Positions 1 through 10,750 of a stretch of DNA of 64,000 nt are shown here, in pieces. The DNA is taken from positions 48,734,001-48,798,000 of the forward strand of contig NC_058368.1 of NCBI RefSeq assembly GCF_018350175.1, in the 5' to 3' direction. The notes beneath the pieces are model-generated. The model saw nothing but the letters and a program-made list of their open reading frames with translations, was not told the DNA's origin and did not search any database. Numbering within the stretch: the stretch's first letter is position 1; every line of letters starts with the position of its first letter. The position numbers and the translations under genes are program-made. This DNA comes from Felis catus. Taxonomy: Eukaryota.

Positions 1-505
1 CCCCGGTGCGGCAGCTATTCACCGAACTCGCTCTCCTCCTGGGGGCAAACTACTTCCACAACCCCCCACCCCCGCCTCCCCGATTCAGTCCGGGTGTTTT
101 ATGTCCCATCCTTGGCAACCGTCAGGCAAACATTGCAACCAACAATTCCACCAGGGGTAGAAAAACATTTGCTTAATTCACGGTACTTGATAAGTTCTTT
201 AAAAAAAAAAAAAAAATTGGTGCGGGGGGGGGGGTGGAGAGAGAAACCTCCTTCTTTCTTCTTCACATATCCGACCGACGCTACTTGCTTTGCAATAGCA
301 TCGCCCTCCCTCGGCCCCCTCCCGCTTCCCAACACTTTCCCCCTTTAAGAACACAGACCAACCAAAATGATTTAACTTGAGCAGATGACAGAAGGAAAAT
401 AAAACATGTTAAGAGAACACGGTCTGATTTGGGATGGCAAAAAAAAAAAAAAAAAAAAAAAGGAGGGGGTTGTTTATTTTGATAAGAAACGGAATCGGCA
501 CAGAC

Positions 506-720
506 CTGAACAGAAGCTGCAGAGCAGGAGAAATTGTTTTCTTTCCCTCACACAGAGTCCCCCTCTCTCTCTCCCTTTCTCTCTCTCTCTCTCGCACACA
601 CACGCGCGCGCACACACTCACTCTCGCACACACACGGCGTCACCCGCGCACACTCACACGCACACTCGCACACGCACAGGCAGAGCCTCTCAGCTGCTCT
701 CTGCAGTTCTCAGGAAATGA
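506..720 (-). other. KLF12: Non-coding first exon (5'UTR) of a gene transcribed leftwards, probably KLF12; intron 1 begins at 505 and leaves the window
   Basis: Minus strand reads (TG/CG)n-(GA)n-GGGGGACTCTGTGTGAGGGAAAGAAAAACAATTTCTCCTGCTCTGCAGCTTCTGTTCAG|GTCTGT, with GT at 505-504, at the edge of a CpG island. Gene identity is recalled from the mammalian KLF12 5'UTR and unverified; the 5' end is approximate. Confidence 0.6.
562..678. repeat. Compound (CT)n plus imperfect (CA/CG)n microsatellite inside exon 1
   Basis: ctctctctctccctttctctctctctctctc followed by gcacacacacgcgcgcgcacacac... Confidence 0.9.
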
Positions 721-2600
721 ATGGGGGGCAACCCAGGGAACTGTTGTACTTGCAAATGACTTACCCGGATCACATGATGCGCTAAATGTAGGGTGGGCCG
801 GTGGGTGGAGGCTGCCGAGACGCGAGCCCCGGTCTAGCGTGGGGAGCCTCGCCAGGCCCGCATCGAATTACCCCGGGGCCCAGCCGAGGGGGTTGCAAGA
901 CGCCGCTTCTCCTCCCTTGCAGCCCGCAGCTCAGGAAACCGGAGAGGCGTGGGGGGTGGGGTGGGGTGGGGTGAGGTGAGGTGGGGGGGGTGAAAACACC
1001 AAACCCCCAAACAAAAGAGCTCCGGGTCCTCCTCCCCAGAAACAAAGCCCCGCCGCTGCGGGCGAGCCCCGGGGTGGGGCCGAGGGCGGGGGCGGCGGCG
1101 GGGAGGGGCTCGCTCAGCAGGCGCTAAGTCGCTTTATTGCCATAAAATGGGGCCCCCGAGCCGCTCCGCCCGAGGATTAGGAGGCGGGCTCTGAGTGTGA
1201 TGGTTGAAATCCCCTGTGGGAAACTAACCCCTCCCCGCTCGCAGAGGTAGAAGGCAACACCCACTGCCCGGCCCTCGCCTCGCCGCCCGGGCCGCCGGGC
1301 TGGGGGGTGGGTCCGCGGAGCCTCCACCCCGCCCCACCCCGCCCCACCCCTGCCCCCGCCCCCCGGCCTCGGCCGCGCTTCCCTTTCACCTGCACCACCT
1401 TGCTGCGGCACCCAAAATAACCTACACATGGCCAACGGAGCTTTGGGAGCCGCCGGCCGAGGGGGGCCCGCGGGGCCTCGCGGCGGGAGGAACCCCCGGA
1501 TTGCAACTCGCCAGGCGAGGACTCGCGCTGAGCCGCGAGAAAGTCCCCTCTTTTGTGTCAGAGCGCGCAAGGCAGCCTTCGGGAGAGAATTCGGAGGCAA
1601 ATCGAGCGCGCAGCCCGCCCGGCCCCCCGCCCCCTCCCCGCTCCGGCCCGGGTGGGGGCGTGCAGGGAGGGGGCCGGGCGCCCGAGCCGTCCCCGCGGCT
1701 CGCCCGCCAGCTAACTTGGAAAGGTGTGGGCGGAGCCGGCTCGAGCGGCCGGCCGAGGCTGCGGGCACGGCGGCGCGGCGGCTCCCGGGGACCGCCCCCG
1801 GGCGCCGGGCATCGCCCGGGTCGGGCAACAATGGGGTCCAAAGCAGGGGCAGCCGGGCGGGCGGTGCTCTCGGAGCTGGGGTACGCGCGGGGGTGGGGCG
1901 GGCCGGGGGCTGGGCGAGGAAGGGAGAGGGATCATTGTTTGGGTTCGGGAGCAGCGCACGTTGTGGGCGAAGCGGGGGCGTCCTCCCTCCCAGTGCTTCA
2001 CCTTGGGATGGATGGGGGCAGGGGAGACGCATGCCTCGCTCGGGAAACCCGGGAGAAGGGGTGCCTGCCCGCGCTAGTTATTCGGGAAAGCAGGCGAACT
2101 TGCAGGAGGGGTAGGAAGCTGGAGCTCCAGACCCCTGCCGAGGCCCCGAGGGCTCCTAGCCGCGGCGTAGGGGAGTCCAGCCCCGGCCCTGCGCCCAGGA
2201 GGGAGGCACGAGAAGCGGGCGACCGGGAGCGGAGCCCTAGCCGCTCTCCCCTGCGGCCCCTCCCTCCCCGCCCTCGCGCCTGGGGGAGCGGATCCGCGGG
2301 ATTCTGGGGCGGGAGAGTGGAGGCAGCGGCGGGGCGGCCGTTCCCGCCGCGGCTCGGAGGGCGCGGGGTCAGCGCCGCGCCGGAGGGTCGGCGGGGGCGG
2401 GGAGGAGACGGGGCGGAAGCGGACGGGCGGGGTGCGAGGGTGGGCTGGCCGGGCGCTGCGGTCAGCGGTGGAGATGCGTGCGCCACTTCTCTTGCAAACC
2501 TAGGTGAGCGCGCTGGAGCTCCCGAGCCCGCAGGCACCCCTGCGCGGTGCCCCTGAGCCCGCCCCGCGCGGGAAACCGCCCCGGCGGTGGGAAGGCTGCG
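590..2600. promoter_or_regulatory. CpG island / promoter
   Basis: Very high GC and dense CpG with many GGGCGG and CACCC boxes; CpG density tails off towards ~3250 and the sequence then becomes AT-rich. Confidence 0.95.
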
Positions 2601-4211
2601 AAGGGGAAGTTTATGTTAGGGAGAGCAAGATTTGCAGTAATGTGGCATGAAGTGGGGTGGGAAGAGAAACAAGGGAGAGGCCGAGAAACAGGAAATGAGA
2701 GCAAAGGAACGACTTCTAGCCAGGAAAAGCCGTGCTCTGCGTTTTGTGTGGCATTTTCCAAACACTTCTAAAGGCCGGGTGTGCCTTATTAATGGAAACA
2801 AAGGCAGGGTACCGCCTGGTGTGGCCTCTGCCACCTGCCACAGTCTACGTGAGGAATGATGGGAAAGGTGGTCCCGCCTGGACGCTGAGTCGACAGCAGC
2901 CCACTTCCAGTCCACACGGGATGAGTCAATGGGCCTGACTCTTAGACACAAAACAGGACTGCGAGGAGGGATCTGCCCGGCTCTTAGGGTGCCGAAGAAG
3001 AACAAATGAGATAAGTGTAACAGTGTCTTAAAATCGCGGACCACTCCTTAAGCGAAGTCATCTGAGAACAGGATAGCTGTGGGGAGAGCAGGAAGGTGAG
3101 GGATGCCCACGGCTGAAGACGTGGGTGGGGCAGGAATCTGGAACCCTGGAGCAAAATGGGGCGGGCACGCAGAAGGGCGTTGGCAGGGTGGAGTCTCTTT
3201 TGGGGGGGGGAGGGGAAGGGGCTCCGGACCCCATCCCCTGGGCTAATCGGGTAAAACAGCCCTTCACGCTGCACTACATCTGGATGAAACATGAAAAGAC
3301 AAGTTTGAGAAATGGTAGAACATTGACAAATGTACAATGTTGAAATGAAAAACTTGCCTCTACTAGAAACACCGTGAAGTTTCCCTGTAGGTGGGGCAGA
3401 GAGCGAAGGAAGTGAGTTCAACTGTAAGAGTGAAGGATGCTGTAAGAAATTATGTCATCGTGGCACTTCTTGTCCTCACCGCTCTTTCTCAGAGCTGAGT
3501 AGCGGACTGACCATAAATATGTTCTGTAGCCAGCGCTTTTCTGCACGTGGAGAGGCATTCCAAGCTGCACTCCCTCCTTTTGGCAACAGCCACAGGCATG
3601 TTAATAGAATGACAAAAGATAGAAAAAGTACAAGACCCCATTCCAGAGAGATAAGGAAATTAGGGGAAAGTCAAGGTTAATATCCAGACTCTGGGTAATG
3701 TGGCTGAAAAAACTTTTTTCCCCAAGTTAGGGGAAAAAATATTTGCAGATTGTTTTTTTATAATTGTTGACAGATAAAGAATAGAAATGTTTGATTAAGG
3801 CAATTCTCCAGATATAAAGAGGCAAGGGAGAAGATAGCAGAAGATCAAAACCAAAGAAAGAAGAAGCTGGTCATCACTGGGAGTTAGGATACTGGAGTAA
3901 ATGTGTGTGTTTGTGTACAGGCATACATTTCCAATTCAGTTCATGTAATTCATTCCCTGTATAGAACTTAGGGTAAAACAAACTAAGGTGTGAACAGAAG
4001 GAGAGAAGTTAGGAAAATAGCATACATAGCTTAGCAAAAAATATGTGCATATCTCTACATGCAGTCCCTTACCCTCCACTTCCATGTGTGTGCAAGAATA
4101 TGAAAAATCAGGAAATGTAAACATGGCAAAATTAATTTACCAGGAATGTATAATTCTGGTCGCACACAAAAAAAATTCTGAAATCACAAAATTGTAAAAT
4201 GTCAATGTTGA

Positions 4212-4248
4212 GGGGCTCCTGGGTGGCTCAGTGTGGAACCTGCTTAGG

Positions 4249-4289
<41 letters not shown>

Positions 4290-4361
4290 CCATCTCTGCT
4301 CACTCTTTAAATACATACGTACATACACACACACAAACAAACTCTAAAAAAAAAAAAAAAA
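4212..4361 (+). mobile_element. Internally deleted Can-SINE
   Basis: Head ggggctcctgggtggctcag joined directly to tgtggaacctgcttaggattc(tc)n and an A-tail; degenerate TSD gtcaatgttga / gttagtgttga. Confidence 0.85.
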
Positions 4362-4824
4362 GTTAGTGTTGAAAGTATCTTTCAAATCCCATCTTTTATC
4401 GTATTTCAGTTCTGTTTAAAACCAGGATAATTTGGGTCAAAGATGACTCATTTCCCCAAATTCATATACTTCTATTTTACTTAGTGTTCACTGTCGCAAA
4501 TGCTAAAAGAAGAATGAATTAACGAGGAGGATGGAGGTCGGTATTCGGAGTTTCTTAACCGTGGTATTCTTCTACCTAACATCTTATCCTAGAAAAGAGA
4601 AGAACACACACAAGCACCCCCCAAAGCAGATCATCTATCTCGTTCAATGTACGTGATAAGGCACAACTTGCAACTAGAGATTTTAAGTTGCTAATGTCAA
4701 AATAAACGTTACCTACCTGCAACTTTTTGTCAGATCTTACTTCCACTTCACCAGTGGTGATACATTTTGAAAAATTAGTATCAGTGGTAGAAAACTCTTT
4801 TACAATATTAAGAGTGTTACTTGC

Positions 4825-5060
4825 GGGGCGCCTGGGTGGCGCAGTCGGTTAAGCGTCCGACTTCAGCCAGGTCACGATCTCGCGGTCCGTGAGTTCGAGC
4901 CCCGCGTCAGGCTCTGGGCTGATGGCTCGGAGCCTGGAGCCTGTTTCCGATTCTGTGTCTCCCTCTCTCTCTGCCCCTCCCCTGTTCATGCTCTGTCTCT
5001 CTCTGTCCCAAAAATAAATAAACGTTGGGGAAAAAAATTAAAAAAAAAAAAAAAAAAAAA
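4825..5060 (+). mobile_element. Young full-length felid Can-SINE (SINEC_Fc-type)
   Basis: Consensus-like head with intact CpGs, (CT)n, long polyA; perfect 15-bp TSD AAGAGTGTTACTTGC at 4810-4824 and 5061-5075. Confidence 0.97.
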
Positions 5061-8000
5061 AAGAGTGTTACTTGCACCACACCCTGATTGCTCTAAGGTA
5101 AAGACTTTCTTCAGTATCTATGTATATTTAAAGTTCTTAAGCCTTAGGATTAGTGATGCCAAAGATTGCATGGATGATTTAACACGAATGTAATTCCAGG
5201 CAGGGATGGGGGAAAATGGAGTCCATTTTCAGAAGTAAAAGCTGTGTTGAAAGATTAGAGCTGATTCAAAGTGAAAATAAAAGTGATTTCCAAAGCTTTC
5301 ATATATTTTAAAATACAGTCTTGATTTTTCCTAGGGCCAGAAGTGAATATGTATTGCTAGGTTTCAATGCCCTTTTTTTTTTTTTCATGTGTTCTATTTT
5401 GGCAATAATGTTCACCAAAGGGGAATTTTCCTGTTTAAGTCTGAGAAAGGCATGTAAGAGGACTTACTATGAATGCAAACAGCTGGTGATACTATGTGAT
5501 TACATGGTAAACAGCATGTTTTGATTTGTGTGAGGAGCTGTCTGGCAATTAGAGGAAAATGACATTTTATAACTTTGTTTTGTTGCAGTCAATACGGTTT
5601 TTGGTCCTTCTAGCTTGATCATCACTCCCTCGGATGTTCTCTCTTTTCCAATGTCCTGCGCAGTCAAGTCTCCTTCAGGGCTACCACCACGCGCCTCCCC
5701 ATCGTGCACTTCTGAACCTCTGGCCTCCTTCCCTCAGCTCCATTCCACCTTGCCTCCAGCAAATCCTTAATTATGGCACATCTATAGTTAGAAACCCAAA
5801 GTGACACAAATTAGTGTCAATACAACACCATGACATTTAAGGGCCCCACTTCGGTTCTCATATCTCAGACTTGTAACCTTCTACCCAGGTGAACACCTTG
5901 CCATGCGCCGTCCATCCTGGCTGCCTTTACTAGTTGGCTCAGTGCCCCCACCCCCATTGTCTGCTCTGGAATCTTCCCAAAATGATTCCATGATGCCCTG
6001 CACACATTTTACATATCCCACCTCTTCATCAAAAAATTATCTTTCTGTTCTTGAAGCTTCTGTTAACGTAATGGAAAGAGTGCCTTTCTGATTCTCCATT
6101 TTTTCTGCCCATGTAAATAATATTTCCCATACTTTGAAGGATTAACACTTACTAGATCCTTACTTGGGCCAGTGTGAAATATATTGGCCCAAGTAGGCAT
6201 CCAGCAAATGTTAATTCCCTCACTTACTCTTTAGGTACTTAGACTTTTCTGCTTTCATTAAATATTGTTGGCTCCCCTAGACAGGTAACCATCTGAGAAA
6301 AGGGCTGTAAGTTAGCCATTTATTTAGCCTTCCTTTTACCCCTCACACTATTTTGCACATAGTGGGTGATTAGTGAAATGTTTGTTGAACTAATTAAAAA
6401 ATAAATAGAATTAGAATGACCTACATTAAAACATTATAGACCTGAAAACCTGAGTTTCCATTTGGGTGCACATATTAAAAATAATAAGCAAAACTCTGAA
6501 ATGTGTTGACAAACACCTTTTGAACATGGATCCAGGCAACATTCCTCAAGTAGTTTTCCCTTAAATTAGAAGTTTTTACATACAGAAATGTACCAAATTT
6601 GGAACATATTTACCTAATTGCATTGTCCCTCTCATATTTATTCAATTATACTACTTTTCACTCTCCTTTGAGTGGAATTGTATTAAATAAAATTTTAATT
6701 TTTCATAACCAGAGGGAAAATTCATAGCAAATTTGTTTTTAAAAATAGCACTTTGCAAGTTTTTAGACTGCAAATGTTGGAGATATAATGTGGTAAATAG
6801 AGATAGTTTGCATTTTTTAAATATAGCAAATCGAGGCATATCAGATTTGAACCATAGCTATCCTTGCCTTTTTATTTTTTATAAGTAAAAATTACGCCAC
6901 CATGGAAATAATTCAATTCATCTACAGTGTACATAGTTTACAGAATATTTTAATTTCATACTATATACAAGACACTAGCCTCAGTGTTATAAGTGTATGA
7001 AGATGAGCTTAGATAAAAGCAATGAATAATTATAATATGAAGTACAATTACAATACTCTGGATGAAGTTATATCTGTTAGGAAACATTAAGAAGACTGTG
7101 GGGAAAGACCTTGTGAAGGTTAAAAATTTCTTCAAAAGAATTTTATTTTTAATATGAACTATGTCATGTGTGTAAAGTAATATACAACATACGTAGGTTA
7201 AGGTATGCTCCTGTGGACTTTTCTTGGCTTAACTAATAGAATATTTCCAATACTCTAAGCCCCCCATTCTGGTCAACCCAGTCATATCCCTCTCCTATTC
7301 TTACAGGAATAACTATGTCTTTCTGACCTGGGATTTATTTTATTGCAATTTTTTAGACATATTTTTTATTTTGACAAAGTATTCATAATCATTTTTCCTA
7401 GTAGTGAATTGCTATTATTTAACTTATCACCACATGAGGATTTTCTCCAAATTTTTGTAATCATACTTACATTATAGTGAACGTCTTAGCTTCTTTAAAA
7501 AAAATTTTTTTTCGGAAGTGTCCTCTATGTTGTGTTACCAAAGCAAAGATGATGAATTTGTTTTTACTGTTCTAGAAACATTTCACCGGATTATTTTTCA
7601 AAATTATTCTACCAATTTACCAGGACACCATGATATATGAGAGTACCATCTTCCCTGCGTTCTGGCTAACTGGGTGGTGTTCTGGTTAGTTGGGTGGTAC
7701 TCTGAAATAAAAAACTTTAAATTGGAAAACAAGAATGGCTTGAATTTTAGTTCCCCGATTCGTAGAAATTGAACTTGACAACAGTGGGTAGAAGTCTGGG
7801 GCTGAATCAATTTCTCTTGCCACAGCTTGGCTGAGATGAGTCTGACTACAATAGGAAATGAACGTTACAACAGCTGCAAAAGACATTACAAATTCAAACT
7901 AAAATGCAACAACTTGTTATTTTGGGAAAGGGGTGCACGGGAAGTAAAATGGGAAACTCTGTCTCATATTTCAAGCCTTGATAAGAAGGAAAAAGAAAAG

Positions 8001-8234
8001 GGTCTTAAAAGGATGGAATTCAGGAATATTAGCGTGTTTACAGTTTTGATAAATTTGGAAGTCACAGAAATAGAAAATCCATTCTATCAAATTTGAAAGT
8101 AAAATGATATATTAGAGAACTGATAAAAAAGAATACGGAGAAAAAATTAAAACCTAGTCAGAAACTTGGGAATAAAAGAACAAGAAATGAAAATACAGGG
8201 AAAGGAGATAGGAAAGGAAGTTGAAGATCAACAC

Positions 8235-8705
8235 TGATTAGTATTGCTTTACTTTTATTTGCAAACAACAGAAAACCCAACTAATGGCTGCTTAAGATAC
8301 ATATTTTTTGCCCTGTCTCCTCCCCAACCCTTCCTTCAACAAAACAAAAAAGCCCAAAGGGAGGCAGCCACAGTTGGAGGCCGTGCAGGTGATCTTTGGT
8401 GCCCCAAGACTCCAAGTTCATTTTGTTTTCCTGCTCCCCAAGCGCATTTTGTTTTTCTGCTCCCCTTCTTAAAGCATAATTTCTTTTTCTCACCACAGCA
8501 GGAAGAAGGAAAAAATCTCAAAGTTAAGGCCAAGTCTGTTCCTTTTAGAAAGTTTTCCAGAAGCCTCACCTACCATTACCATCTGCTTATATTTCATTGG
8601 CCATTATTGGGTCACATGGTCTCATGAAAATCAATCACAGGAAAGTAGACGTGGATTAGGGCACCTCAGATGGAATTTGGGCCAGTCAACTGACAGTGTG
8701 TGCCT
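8235..8705 (-). mobile_element. Old MaLR LTR (MLT1J/K-like)
   Basis: MLT1-like motifs gcaaacaacagaaaacccaact and ttcattggccattattgggtcacatgg; edges approximate. Confidence 0.65.
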
Positions 8706-9470
8706 TTTTGCTATGTAACTGTTTAGAATGTTCTAGTCCTAAGATGAAAACCATTATGTTGCTGAGGCTCTCTATGGACTTCTTGGTGGCAGACAGCTAA
8801 AAGAAAAACATGCCATTAAGCTTATGAGTTATTGACACCATCATTGGAAACACATCCATTCATAAACTTAGAAAAAAAAAGATTTGACGATGTTCCTTTA
8901 CATGAACTTTTCCACACAATGTGATTTTAAAAAGTCATCGAAGCGCACAAACCATAATGTAGTTATTTCAGGTTAATCCATGTGTGATTTACCTAAGGCA
9001 AAACGTGAATCCCAGCTTAGCTTCGCCCAGTTGCATAGTCTGGTTATGGCTCATCTTTCTATGCCATCAATGTGCATCGAGAAATGAACATTAATTTTTA
9101 AAAGTTGAATAAACAAGCCATAATTAGAAAGGTATACACCAACTGCGTTTGTATTTCACACTCAAATATTACTGAGTCATCGGTGTAAGGGCTTCCACCT
9201 GTGAACCGGAAGTCCTCAACTGATTCTGGGTCTCGTCACTGACCCTTGAGTGACTCTTGACGGTTTGCCTCATTTTCTTGCTTGCAGTTTTCCTCCCTGT
9301 GCAACTGGGAGGGCACCTTTTTTACAAGGACGTGAAGAACTAATGAGGTCGTTACATACCTTCACCTAGAAGGCTGTAAGCTCTAGATTTGGCAAGAATG
9401 TGTCTGACCACTCTTCAGTTGTCTCCCCAGGGCTTCAGTCAGCACCCAACACCCAAGTCCTCAAAAAAAA

Positions 9471-9698
9471 TTTTTTTAAGATTTATTTATTTATTTATTT
9501 ACTTATTTATTTATTTAGAGAAAATGAGTGGGGGAGGGGCCGAGAGAAAGGAAGAGAGAGAGAATCCCAAGCAGGCTCCCCACTGTCAACACTCAGCCCA
9601 ACTCAGGGGCTGGATCTCACCAACCCCTGAGATCATGACCTGAGCTGAGCTGAAACCAAGAGCTGGAAGTTCAACCAACCCAGCCTCCCAGGCACCCT
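9471..9698 (-). mobile_element. Can-SINE (older subfamily)
   Basis: (TTTA)n tail, gagaatcccaagcaggctcc, gagatcatgacctgagc, cccaggcaccc; TSD-like cctcaaaaa on both sides. Confidence 0.93.
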
Positions 9699-10559
9699 CC
9701 CTCAAAAATTTTTGAAGGAAAAATGAATGCAACTTCCAAATTGCTTAGTCCACACCCACACATAGTGGGTACCCTATAATTACTCATTTTCCTTTTATAT
9801 TAGCTTTGTTAGTTTCTTGGCTGCTTTAATGCAAATAACTTATTGTTTACTATCAAAATACACCTACTAGAATAATAGGGCTGTTTGTAAAGGCTGTCTG
9901 GAGGAATGTATAAATTTTTTATACATTAGTTCAATAAAATGTTTGAACCTAGTCAACCCAATTAGCAAAGATTAGTATCTTCCTAGGTTTGACATACATC
10001 TGTTTTAATTGACCTATCTTGCAAGTTAGAATACATATAAAGTTCAAATAACTTAAACCGTGTGACTTAAAACAATTTTATTCTTAAAAAAAAAGACTCT
10101 TAACTAAAGAACTTTCCTTCTTTCCTTCCTCCCTTCCTCCTCCTTTTCCTCTCTCTCTCTCTTTAAGACAGGGACAAACTGTGCATAACTTACCCAGGAA
10201 GACTTAGGATCTTTCAGTTCTGTATTTTTAGCTAGTTTACAAATTAGCTTTTTGAAGCTTTAAGGCGATATCCAAATAACACTTCCATTCTTAATTTCAG
10301 ATACAAATGGCCATGGCAAACGAAGGAACACAGCAAACAAAAGCCTTCCTCAAAACAATACTAAACATCACTACCTCTGGTTCCAACTGGCATTTATTAA
10401 CCCTTTACTGTGGGCTACACATGCTCAAATCACACTGCAGTTTCCTTTTTTTTTCCACAAGAATCCTATGAACTATTGTTTCTACCTCCTCAGGGTGGGC
10501 CTTGCCAAACTGCTACAAGCTGCAAGCCCTACAGTACTCTTGATCCTACTTCTGCTTCA

Positions 10560-10750
10560 ACTTTCTCTGTACAGCACTTACCACCACCTAATATTGTATA
10601 TTTTGCTTTACTGTTGTTGCCTACTTCTGTCTCTCCCTCTGCAGCTTCCCTCCACTAGAGTGGGAGCTCCAAAGGGCACGGGAGTTTTCTCTTGTGTTCT
10701 CTGCCGCAGCCCTGGCATGGAGTATGCACCCACTAAATATTGAAAAGGAA
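10560..10750 (+). mobile_element. L2 3' fragment
   Basis: ccactagagtgggagctccaaagggcacggg...cccactaaatattgaa resembles the L2 3' end. Confidence 0.65.

Noticed and set aside
434..2556. Long overlapping ORFs (up to 351 aa) on both strands
   Set aside because: Arg/Gly/Pro/Ala low-complexity products expected from stop-poor CpG-island DNA; present in many frames, several with non-ATG starts, no recognisable domain.
4825..4905. tRNA-like A-box/B-box sequence
   Set aside because: tRNA-derived head of a SINE, followed by SINE body, polyA and TSD; not a tRNA gene.
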